Below, piece by piece: positions 17,636 through 25,637 of a stretch of 33,365 bases of DNA (the first letter of the stretch is position 1; every line of letters begins with the position of its first letter). The stretch is from a virus (taxonomy: Duplodnaviria; Heunggongvirae; Uroviricota; Caudoviricetes). The notes beneath the pieces were generated by a model, which was given only the letters and a program-made list of their open reading frames with translations, had not been told where the DNA came from and searched no databases. The DNA lies in IMG/VR virus record IMGVR_UViG_2737471753_000001, positions 1 to 33,365 of that record; one strand, written 5' to 3'. Made by a program: the position numbers and the translations under genes.

Positions 17636-18436
17636 TTAACCGCGCTTCGCCTTCTGCGTCGCGGTGGTTTTTCGTGTTGCAGGCTTCCGCGTTGTCTTTT
17701 TACTTTTGCTGCTTTCGTCCTGCGTCTGCTGTGCGCTGGCGTCTTCTGGTGCGGCTGCGGAATCGGCTTTTTTCAGGGCGCGGGAAAGGGTTGCAATCTC
17801 GCGTTTCACACCTGCGTTCGGGTTCAGGTGCATTGCTTCGCGCAGCAGCTTCAGTGACAGGGCCATGCTGTCCGTATCACTCAGGCCACGGCGGGCAAAG
17901 GCGCACGCTTTGCATAATTTGGCGCGCACTTCGTCCGGCATGTCCTGGTCGGTGACAATCTCCCGGAGGGTGTCCAGTGGTTCGATAAAGGCGGACAAAT
18001 CCGCGTCGGCATCCGTCCCGGCCCGCGTCAGTACCGGATTACAGATTTCTTCGGTCAGTACCGTGGCAGCAGTACGTCCAAAGTTATCCGGCATGATGAG
18101 GTTGTGACGGACCACATATGCACCAATACGCAGCGCCAGCGGAAGATCGCCGCAGTCAATCGCCCAGACCATCAGCGTGGCAATCACTTCATCCTGCTGC
18201 CCGCCGTCAGCCTCCAGCGTTCCCTCAATCCAGCCGGAAAAGTCCGGCAATAACTCTTTTTTGATGGCGGCTTTCGCGCTTCTGGCCTGTACGCCCTTAA
18301 GCCGGGCCTGTGCCAGACGCAGACGATACAGCACCTCTTCATGCGCGGTACGCGCGGCGTGGTCCACGCCTTCATTCGCCCGGCCTGCGCGCTGTGCCAT
18401 CACGTTCTGCCAGTGTTGCTGTGCAGGAGTAATCAT
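17636..18436 (-). CDS. M: terminase small (endonuclease) subunit
   Basis: 266-aa ORF between N and L as in P2; sequence character matches P2 gpM. Confidence 0.85.
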   Translation of the reverse strand: MITPAQQHWQNVMAQRAGRANEGVDHAARTAHEEVLYRLRLAQARLKGVQARSAKAAIKKELLPDFSGWIEGTLEADGGQQDEVIATLMVWAIDCGDLPLALRIGAYVVRHNLIMPDNFGRTAATVLTEEICNPVLTRAGTDADADLSAFIEPLDTLREIVTDQDMPDEVRAKLCKACAFARRGLSDTDSMALSLKLLREAMHLNPNAGVKREIATLSRALKKADSAAAPEDASAQQTQDESSKSKKTTRKPATRKTTATQKAKRG

Positions 18437-18481
18437 TTTTTCTCTCCGTTACAGGCGGGCATGATGCCCGCCGTGAGGTGA

Positions 18482-19534
18482 TTAGCTGTCGGCGAACTTC
18501 AGGCCAGTGACCATCGCGCACTTGCCATAGTCTTCAACGACATAAGCGTCATTGATGGACTGGTAGGTGGCGATGCGGTTGTATTCCGGCTCGTCTTTCA
18601 TCAGGCGACGCATTGTTCCTTTCTGCCAGTAAATTGACAGGTTGTTGAACGAGGTGATCAGCATCGTTGCATCCGGGAAGAACGGCGCAAGGAATACATC
18701 CAGCCCGCCAATGGCGCGCGATGACAGGATGAGCTGTCCGGCAAGTAATTCCGCATTGGGATTCTGGCCGCTGATGCTGTTCAGCACGGGCAGACGCAGC
18801 GAGTTAAACAGGTTGCGCCCCATAATCACCACGAGGTCGTCAGCTTCCTTGTGCCATTCATCCAGCAGGGATGAGCGCGCGTCCTGTACCAGTGCATCAG
18901 CGTTCGCATATTTACCCGCGTGCGCCACGGTGTTGTCCATGTTGCGGGAGGTCAGCGTTACATCATTCATAACGCGCTCGCTGGCGTCGGTTCTGATGTG
19001 CTCCAGCCATCCCACGTTAACGTCCTGAAGCAGCTTGTTAGTGCTGAAGTTGGACTCATCTGCGTGAGACGTGCCGTTGAAACCGATCATGATGCGGTCA
19101 AGCGCCACCTGCCGGGCAATCTGTGTGCTGACGCGGGACTGAAAATCAGGGTGTGCCGCCCAGGCATCAAGCTGCGGATACGAAATAAACGTGTCGTAGT
19201 TCACCTGTTCGCACTGGTATTTGCGGTTTTTCAGATCAACCACGTTATTCGGGTTACGGCGTTTTGTGCCGTCATAACTGGTATTCGTGCGCGCAATCGG
19301 CCCGGTGGTGTCCAGGAGGATTTTTTCGCCTTTCTGGTCAGTCACACCGAACACGTTAATTTTTTTTGTAAATTCAGTGCTCTCCTTTACTGCGTTTTCA
19401 AAACGCTGCTGCACCGAGGGTTCTACGGTAAATCGCGATACCAGTGCAGATACCGGGATATTGTTAAGCGACGCCTGCTGCGCCATATAGCAACCCAGCT
19501 TGTTGCGGGTAATATCTGACATCACCAGATTCAT
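18482..19534 (-). CDS. N: major capsid protein
   Basis: 350-aa ORF with RBS AAGGAG upstream of ATG 19534; contains ...RFTVEPSVQQ... and other P2 gpN-like segments. Confidence 0.9.
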   Translation of the reverse strand: MNLVMSDITRNKLGCYMAQQASLNNIPVSALVSRFTVEPSVQQRFENAVKESTEFTKKINVFGVTDQKGEKILLDTTGPIARTNTSYDGTKRRNPNNVVDLKNRKYQCEQVNYDTFISYPQLDAWAAHPDFQSRVSTQIARQVALDRIMIGFNGTSHADESNFSTNKLLQDVNVGWLEHIRTDASERVMNDVTLTSRNMDNTVAHAGKYANADALVQDARSSLLDEWHKEADDLVVIMGRNLFNSLRLPVLNSISGQNPNAELLAGQLILSSRAIGGLDVFLAPFFPDATMLITSFNNLSIYWQKGTMRRLMKDEPEYNRIATYQSINDAYVVEDYGKCAMVTGLKFADS

Positions 19535-19556
19535 AAAAATTTGCTCCTTTGTCTTA

Positions 19557-20393
19557 TCAGAAGTCAGCCAGCTGGTCGGAGGCTGCGCCCGTTGCGGTGA
19601 AGCGGTTCTGCGGATCGCCGTCCTGCGTGCGCAGTTTTTCCTTCAGTGCTGTCAGCTCTGTGGTCAGTGACGTGATTTTCTGGCGGTCCTGCTGATGGCG
19701 GGTTTCCAGCACATTAAAACGGTCGATAATGTCGGCCTGTGACGTTGCGACGCCTTCCACCGCTTCCTGAATACGGGAGAAACTGGCGTCATCCGCTTTG
19801 CGGCCACGACCAATAATCCCCATTACGCGGTTAAACCACTGGGTGCCTTCTTCCTGGCGTTGTTCTGCCATTTCGATGATTTCAGACTCGATGGCTTCGG
19901 AAATGAGCGGTGCTTCACCCTGGACACTGTTGAACGTCATCACCGCCTGACGTTGCTGTGCCGTGAATTTCAGGCGCTCAGTGCCCAGGCTTGCCGGGGT
20001 GTCGGTCATCGCCAGCCCGACCAGATAGGCGCGCCCGTTAACGGAGAACTGCGGGTGCAGTTCGATACTGGAATAGATTTTCTTGCCGTCCGCGACAAGC
20101 TGCTTCATGCGCTCGGTCGGTTCGATTTCTGCATACAGCGCAGTACGTCCGGCCAGCGGACCTTCCGTAATGTCTTCCGTACTCAGTGCGGTGACATCGC
20201 CCATTGCGGAAAATTCGCTTGACGGGCATGGCGAGAGATAGTGCTCAACGTTCACGCGGGCAGCGTAAACATCCGGGTTGAAGTTCTCGGCGGCTTCACG
20301 CAGATGCACCGGACTGATTTCACGGCCATCAACAGTTGATCCGGAGACAGCCACGCGAAACTTTTTGCGGGATGTCTTTTTTTCATTAGCCAT
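19557..20393 (-). CDS. O: capsid scaffolding protein (protease domain family)
   Basis: Track ORF 19557..20426; start placed at MANEKKTSRKKF (SD GAGGGG upstream); resembles P2 gpO. Confidence 0.85.
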   Translation of the reverse strand: MANEKKTSRKKFRVAVSGSTVDGREISPVHLREAAENFNPDVYAARVNVEHYLSPCPSSEFSAMGDVTALSTEDITEGPLAGRTALYAEIEPTERMKQLVADGKKIYSSIELHPQFSVNGRAYLVGLAMTDTPASLGTERLKFTAQQRQAVMTFNSVQGEAPLISEAIESEIIEMAEQRQEEGTQWFNRVMGIIGRGRKADDASFSRIQEAVEGVATSQADIIDRFNVLETRHQQDRQKITSLTTELTALKEKLRTQDGDPQNRFTATGAASDQLADF

Positions 20394-20462
20394 AGTTTTT
20401 GCCCCTCTGACTGGTTCTTCAGTCATGATGGCAAAGCGTAACAGGCTGATACAAAGGGCTTT

Positions 20463-20486
20463 TGTTGTAAGAAAACGGCCAGAACA
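20463..20486. promoter_or_regulatory. candidate Ogr-type late-activator site (TGTTGT-N12-AGAACA) between divergent O and P
   Basis: TGTTGTaagaaaacggccAGAACA, same architecture as 1454..1477; centred roughly 55 bp from plausible start points for both flanking operons. Confidence 0.4.
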
Positions 20487-20547
20487 GGGGGTTAAGGAGA
20501 ACGGTTTCGCGCGCGGGTAATCTTCCTGTAATTACTCAGGGGGAGCA

Positions 20548-22299
20548 ATGATTCAGGACGCTTTTGTGCGCCAGCGTGCGCGGCAACTTTACTGGCAGGG
20601 TTATCCGCCCGCAGAAATATCACGTCTGATGGGAATAAACCCGAACACGATTTATGCGTGGAAAAAACGCGACCAGTGGGATGAAACGCCACCCGTGCAG
20701 CGTGTCACGCAGTCCATCGATGCGCGCCTCATCCAGCTTACTGAAAAACAGAATAAAACAGGTGGTGACTTTAAGGAAATAGACCTGCTGACCCGGCAGC
20801 TTAAAAAACTGCATGATGGCCAGCCGGATGCGACGGCCACAGGAAAGAAAGGCCGGGCGAAAAAACTTAAAAATCATTTCACGCCGGAGCAGATTGCCGC
20901 ACTGCGGGAAAAAATCATCAGCAGGCTGGAGTGGCATCAGCGGGGCTGGTTTGACTCCCTGACCCTTTGCAGTGAAGCCGGGATACGTAACAGGATGATC
21001 CTGAAATCCCGACAGATTGGGGCGACCTGGTATTTTGCACAGGAAGCACTGCTGATGGCGCTGCGTGACGATGTGGCACAACCTTACCAGCGTAACCAGA
21101 TTTTTTTGTCTGCGTCGCGTCGTCAGGCGTTCCAGTTTAAAAGCATTATTCAGAAGGCCGCGGCTGAAGTTGATGTGGAGCTGAAAGGGGGCGATAAAAT
21201 CATCCTCTCCAACGGCGCAGAACTGCATTTTCTCGGTACTTCTGCTGCGACGGCACAGTCCTACACAGGCAATTTTTATTTTGATGAATTTTTCTGGGTC
21301 AGTCGCTTTGCTGAACTGCGCAAGGTGGCTGGCGCTATGGCAACCCTCAGCGGACTGCGGCGCACCTACTTCTCCACGCCATCAACCGAAACGCACGAGG
21401 CATACGTCTACTGGAACGGCGACCGCTGGAACGAGAAAAAGGCCGCGCATAAACGCCAGCGTTTTTCTGTGGACTGGAAAACGCTGCATAACGGGCTTAT
21501 CTGCCCCGACCGGACGTGGCGGCAAATTGTCACGCTGGAAGATGTGGTTAATCACGGCTGGAAACACACCGATATTGATGAAATTCGTGATGAAAACACC
21601 GAAGACGAGTTCCGCAATCTCTATATGTGTGAGTTTGTCCGCGAAGGGGAATCGGCATTTAACCTGAATATCCTGATTGGCTGCGGCGTTGACGGATACG
21701 ACGACTGGAAAGACTGGAAACCTTTTGCTCCCCGCCCGATGGGAAATCGTCCGGTATGGATTGGGTATGACGCAAACGGCAGCAGTGGCAACGGCGACAG
21801 CGGCGCTGTGTCCGTGGTGGTTCCTCCGGCTGTTCCTGGTGGCCGTTTTCGAACGGTGGAGACGCGACGCGTTCAGGGGCTGGAGTTTGAAGAACAGGCC
21901 AGAGTCATTGAAGAGTTCACGTGTCGCTACAACGTGGAACACATCGGCATTGATGTGACGGGCGGGAACGGGGAGGCTGTTTATCAGATAGTGAAACGGT
22001 TTTTCCCTGCTGCTATTCCGTACACCTTCACGCTGTCATCAAAACGGTCGCTGGTACTGAAAATGCTGCAAATAATGCGTGCCGGGCGGTGGGAATACGA
22101 TCGCGCCGAACGCGAACTGGTCGCGGCCTTTAACGCCGTGCGTAAGGTGAAAACACCGGGCGGCTTTATCACTTACGAAACGGACCGCGCGAGGGGGATC
22201 AGCCACGGCGACCTTGCGTGGGCGACCATGCTTGCTGTCATTAACGAACCGATTGGCGGCGAAGGAGAAAACGAGCGTTTCACGGTTATGGAGTTCTGA
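20548..22299 (+). CDS. P: terminase large (ATPase) subunit
   Basis: 583-aa ORF; size and sequence fit P2 gpP; divergent from O as in P2. Confidence 0.9.
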   Translation: MIQDAFVRQRARQLYWQGYPPAEISRLMGINPNTIYAWKKRDQWDETPPVQRVTQSIDARLIQLTEKQNKTGGDFKEIDLLTRQLKKLHDGQPDATATGKKGRAKKLKNHFTPEQIAALREKIISRLEWHQRGWFDSLTLCSEAGIRNRMILKSRQIGATWYFAQEALLMALRDDVAQPYQRNQIFLSASRRQAFQFKSIIQKAAAEVDVELKGGDKIILSNGAELHFLGTSAATAQSYTGNFYFDEFFWVSRFAELRKVAGAMATLSGLRRTYFSTPSTETHEAYVYWNGDRWNEKKAAHKRQRFSVDWKTLHNGLICPDRTWRQIVTLEDVVNHGWKHTDIDEIRDENTEDEFRNLYMCEFVREGESAFNLNILIGCGVDGYDDWKDWKPFAPRPMGNRPVWIGYDANGSSGNGDSGAVSVVVPPAVPGGRFRTVETRRVQGLEFEEQARVIEEFTCRYNVEHIGIDVTGGNGEAVYQIVKRFFPAAIPYTFTLSSKRSLVLKMLQIMRAGRWEYDRAERELVAAFNAVRKVKTPGGFITYETDRARGISHGDLAWATMLAVINEPIGGEGENERFTVMEF

Positions 22300-23345
22300 T
22301 GAGCAGAAAAAATAAAAAAGTGCGCATGAGTTCACGCATTGATCTCGCTGATGCGCTCAGGAAAGAATCATCGCTCAGTGCATTCACATTTGATGGTCCT
22401 TATCGCCTGACCGGGCATGACCTGCTGGACAATATGTACTGTGCTGATAACGGGCGGTGGTATGAAACCCCGGTGGACTGGTACGGTCTGGCAAGAGCTG
22501 CCCGGCAAACGTCCTGGCATCAGTCTGCGCTTTACTTTAAGCGCAATGTATTGCTCGGTTGCTATATTCCTCACCCGCTGCTTTCCCGGCAGGATTTCTC
22601 GGCGCTGGCGCTGGACTGGTTTGTGTTCGGTAACGCATTCCTTGAGCTTCGAAGCAATATGCTCGGTGAACCGCTTAAATTACGGCACGCCCTGGCGAAA
22701 TACATGCGACGCGGAAGCGATCTTGAATCATGGTGGTATGTGCAGGATGGCAAGGACGCGTTCCAGTTTCGCCCTGGCAAAGTGTGCCACCTGATGAATC
22801 CGGATATTAACCAGGAAATCTACGGCATGCCGGAATATCTTGGCGCATTACTCTCGGCCAGCCTGTCTCATTCGGCGGACATGTTCAGAAAACTGTATTA
22901 CGACAACGGATCCCACGCCGGGTGCATCATCTACATCGGTGCAGCGCAGGTAAACCGCGAAAGCATGGACTCCCTGAAAGAAACGCTACAGGGGGCACGT
23001 GGTGGTGGTGCGTTTAAAAACGTGCTCATTCATGCGCCCAACGGGGGCAAAGAGGGGGTGCAAATTTTGCCGTTCCAGCAGATCACCGCAAAGGATGAGT
23101 TCATGAATGTTAAGGCGGCATCCCGTGATGATGTGCTGGCTGCGCACCGCGTTCCACCGCAACTGATGGGGGCAATGCCGGGCGAAAAAAGTGCGTTTGG
23201 TGATGTGGAGAAGGCCGCGCGGGTTTACGCAATTAACGAGCTGATGCCCGTCATGGAGGCCATGAAGCACATCAATGACTGGCTTGGCGAAGAGGTGATC
23301 CGCTTTAACCCTTACGCACTGTTAGACACCCAGCCCACATCCTGA
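22299..23345 (+). CDS. Q: portal protein
   Basis: 348-aa ORF, start overlapping the P stop; fits P2 gpQ. Confidence 0.9.
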   Translation: MSRKNKKVRMSSRIDLADALRKESSLSAFTFDGPYRLTGHDLLDNMYCADNGRWYETPVDWYGLARAARQTSWHQSALYFKRNVLLGCYIPHPLLSRQDFSALALDWFVFGNAFLELRSNMLGEPLKLRHALAKYMRRGSDLESWWYVQDGKDAFQFRPGKVCHLMNPDINQEIYGMPEYLGALLSASLSHSADMFRKLYYDNGSHAGCIIYIGAAQVNRESMDSLKETLQGARGGGAFKNVLIHAPNGGKEGVQILPFQQITAKDEFMNVKAASRDDVLAAHRVPPQLMGAMPGEKSAFGDVEKAARVYAINELMPVMEAMKHINDWLGEEVIRFNPYALLDTQPTS

Positions 23346-23770
23346 CGCGCTTCGCTTGTCTGCTGCTTCGCCGGGGCATAAAAAATTTATGCCCCGACTC
23401 TCCAGCTCCTGTATCAGTCAGATAATTTCACGACGCTTTCCTGCTGATTGCCATCATCGACAGTCAGACTCTTACGCAATCCCACCGCGTTGACTGCATG
23501 TTCTCGCCGTCTCAGTGCGATTTTGACGGCCTTACCTTTCACCCCATCAAATCAAAAGCTCTCACGTCTTTTTCACGCTCAGCGTGAGAAATACAGCCAT
23601 TCTGTTGTATCTCTGCGACATCGTTCAGGGAATGCTATTTACCCCCTGAAACGCGGGCTGTTCCCCCGTCACCTGCGCGCAGAAAAAACGCGTTTTTTTG
23701 TGCACGCACGGATCCCTGACGGATCCAGCCGCCACGCGGGCCGGAAGGGCAAAAAGTCGTTCAAAAAAAT

Positions 23771-23796
23771 TGTGCAAATTTGTGCACTATTGTGCA
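23771..23796. repeat. three direct TGTGCA repeats at exact 10-bp phasing
   Basis: TGTGCAaattTGTGCActatTGTGCA at 23771, 23781, 23791; helical-turn phasing suggests a protein-binding array. Confidence 0.6.
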
Positions 23797-23810
23797 GTGT
23801 GAAGAGCAAT

Positions 23811-23840
23811 AAAAAAGGGCTTTATTAGCCCTTAATTTTT
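23811..23840. terminator. bidirectional intrinsic terminator at the 3' end of the cargo operon
   Basis: Stem AAGGGC / GCCCTT with 7-nt loop, flanked by an A6 run and AATTTTT; on the minus strand the hairpin is followed by TTTTTTATT just after the PIN-like gene stop. Confidence 0.7.
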
Positions 23841-24477
23841 ACCTTCCCCAGTCCCGATCAGGAAGTCTATCTTTGAAGGCAAGGTAATCGTAAAACTCAC
23901 GAGTATGGGAAAAAATACATTCGCACATTGCAGCGCCAGCGTTTGAAAGAGCCAATTTCAACATGCCGTCAGGTTTAGGATTGCTCACCAAATTTTCATA
24001 AACTTGAGCCTGATCTAAACCGTGGACACATAACAAAAGCGAAGACTCAAAGGTAACAACCGCATCCAGTAAACGCTGATGAATCACGGAAAGGGTCGGT
24101 TGGTTTGCAACAATTGCAGTCAAACAGCGGCGATCACCAGTCATAAAAATGGCTTCTGGGTTCTCTATGCACGAGGCAAGCAATAGCTGTTCGCCTACAT
24201 CAATTCCGGGCACACTCCCCAAAAGCTCAATAAGCTGGGAGTCCTGAACTTCCGGGATATCCTGTACAGATTCAATGAAGGCTCCCACTTGCTCGTAAAC
24301 AACTTGGCTACCACACTTCCTGATTGCTTTATCAGGATTTTTCGGCAGAAGCTGAAAACGAGCAGCAGGGTTAATGAAGATCTGTTCGGGGGGTTGATTA
24401 AAAACCACTGGCAGTTGTGATAACAGATTGCACTGGGCCAGCTTCAAAATGACATCATTATCAGAAAGAACAATCAC
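23839..24477 (-). CDS. PIN-like (DUF4411-type) putative nuclease, second gene of cargo cassette
   Basis: 212-aa ORF, GTG start with SD GGGGAA, beginning (M)IVLSDNDVILKL (PIN beta1-Asp pattern) with later acidic motifs (...IFMTGDRR...); start 4 nt downstream of the upstream gene's stop; AT-rich relative to phage core. Confidence 0.5.
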   Translation of the reverse strand: MIVLSDNDVILKLAQCNLLSQLPVVFNQPPEQIFINPAARFQLLPKNPDKAIRKCGSQVVYEQVGAFIESVQDIPEVQDSQLIELLGSVPGIDVGEQLLLASCIENPEAIFMTGDRRCLTAIVANQPTLSVIHQRLLDAVVTFESSLLLCVHGLDQAQVYENLVSNPKPDGMLKLALSNAGAAMCECIFSHTREFYDYLAFKDRLPDRDWGR

Positions 24478-24480
24478 TTA

Positions 24481-25479
24481 TTATTCCCCGATTAGATTTT
24501 CTAAAACCTTAAGATCATCTTCGTGGATATTTTCTAAATCCATCCCGCTTTTCATCATGGCCCTCACAAAATCCTGATCTGAGTCTTCACCAGCGCAGAG
24601 TGATTTAACAGCGTTAACAGCAACGCCCCAGCAGTTCTGCGCGAAACCATAATTTAAAGCGATGTGAGTTGGGTCAATGTGATTATCACTTCCAAACTTT
24701 TGAGCTGCGCGAGCCAAGCCTGGCCCGTTCAACCTGCCAGCGGTAGGAACGATACGTAAAGACTTCTGCCCCGAAATGACCTGGAAGGCGAATTCGTTAG
24801 CTTCTTTCTCTACGTTGTCCGTCGAAGCATTCTCAATTTTTGCGTCAATATGGCACTGCCCGTTTTCTGCGTTCAGATGCCCTCTGGCGATATGGCCTAA
24901 CTCATGCGCGAGATCAAACAGCATATAGCCGTATTTCTGAGGCTGAGTAAGAACAATCACCGGGCGCCCGTGACTCATTAGCGCCAGTCCGGCCATTTTT
25001 TTTGCAGCTTGTGGGAAGCATTTTAGATAAACAACAGGAATGCCAATCGAATGACAGTATGTTACCAGGCTATCTAGCGACACCCATGATTCCTTAGTAA
25101 GGATCTGGGTTCTTATCGCCAAAGGATCCAGCACTGCACTAGCATCGTAAGGGACTTTGAAATTAGACGCGACAATACCGGCCGCAGTATAGGCAACAGC
25201 AGTAGCGATATCTAAATCGTTCTCGGCTACATTTTGGCGATGTTTATATTTATGGTTTCCACCAAAATTAAAGCATACCCCTTCGCTACCATCTTTCAGG
25301 CTATCCGGGAGAATGCTAAACATACGCGCAAGGTGCAGGCACGCATACTGGCGCCCTGATGGGGTGTCAGCAAGCTTCTCATCCCACCAATCAGGCAACA
25401 ACCTGCGGATGTAAGAGAGATTAAACCCGGCCCGGCCGAATTTAGAATATATCTGACTCATCTGATTATGGTTCGTCAT
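24481..25479 (-). CDS. COG2856 / ImmA-IrrE family zinc metallopeptidase-domain protein, first gene of cargo cassette
   Basis: 332-aa ORF with AGGAGG RBS; central ...GIPVVYLK...PVIVLTQPQKYGYMLFDLAHELGHIARGH...EKEANEFAFQ... (HEXXH plus downstream E-x-EAN-FA signature) and unassigned N- and C-terminal regions. Confidence 0.7.
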   Translation of the reverse strand: MTNHNQMSQIYSKFGRAGFNLSYIRRLLPDWWDEKLADTPSGRQYACLHLARMFSILPDSLKDGSEGVCFNFGGNHKYKHRQNVAENDLDIATAVAYTAAGIVASNFKVPYDASAVLDPLAIRTQILTKESWVSLDSLVTYCHSIGIPVVYLKCFPQAAKKMAGLALMSHGRPVIVLTQPQKYGYMLFDLAHELGHIARGHLNAENGQCHIDAKIENASTDNVEKEANEFAFQVISGQKSLRIVPTAGRLNGPGLARAAQKFGSDNHIDPTHIALNYGFAQNCWGVAVNAVKSLCAGEDSDQDFVRAMMKSGMDLENIHEDDLKVLENLIGE

Positions 25480-25637
25480 AAGAGCCTCCTAACTGCGTGT
25501 GTAAGCGAAATGCCATTTATTATTAGCTTAGTTATGACACAAAAGCGCGCACACTATAAGCATAAAACGGCGAAAGTCATAACTATTTCGGTTGTGTGGA
25601 AAATGGGTAATTTCTTCTTAGAGCAGCTTATATCGGC

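Noticed and set aside
18437-18481. Palindrome GGCGGGCAT-g-ATGCCCGCC between N and M considered as a terminator
   Set aside because: On the transcribed (minus) strand it is followed by an A-run and the M RBS rather than a U-tract; more likely an RNA stability or processing element, if anything.
20620-21228. 202-aa minus-strand ORF antisense to terminase gene P
   Set aside because: Embedded in the conserved large terminase gene; no independent signals.
23373-23395. Perfect 10-bp-stem palindrome after Q considered as an intrinsic terminator
   Set aside because: No U-tract follows on either strand; kept only as part of the structured cos-side region.
23448-23828. 126-aa plus-strand ORF in the Q-to-cargo intergenic region
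   Set aside because: Low-complexity, highly basic translation with no RBS, spanning palindromes and repeats; more consistent with a structured non-coding (cos/regulatory) region.
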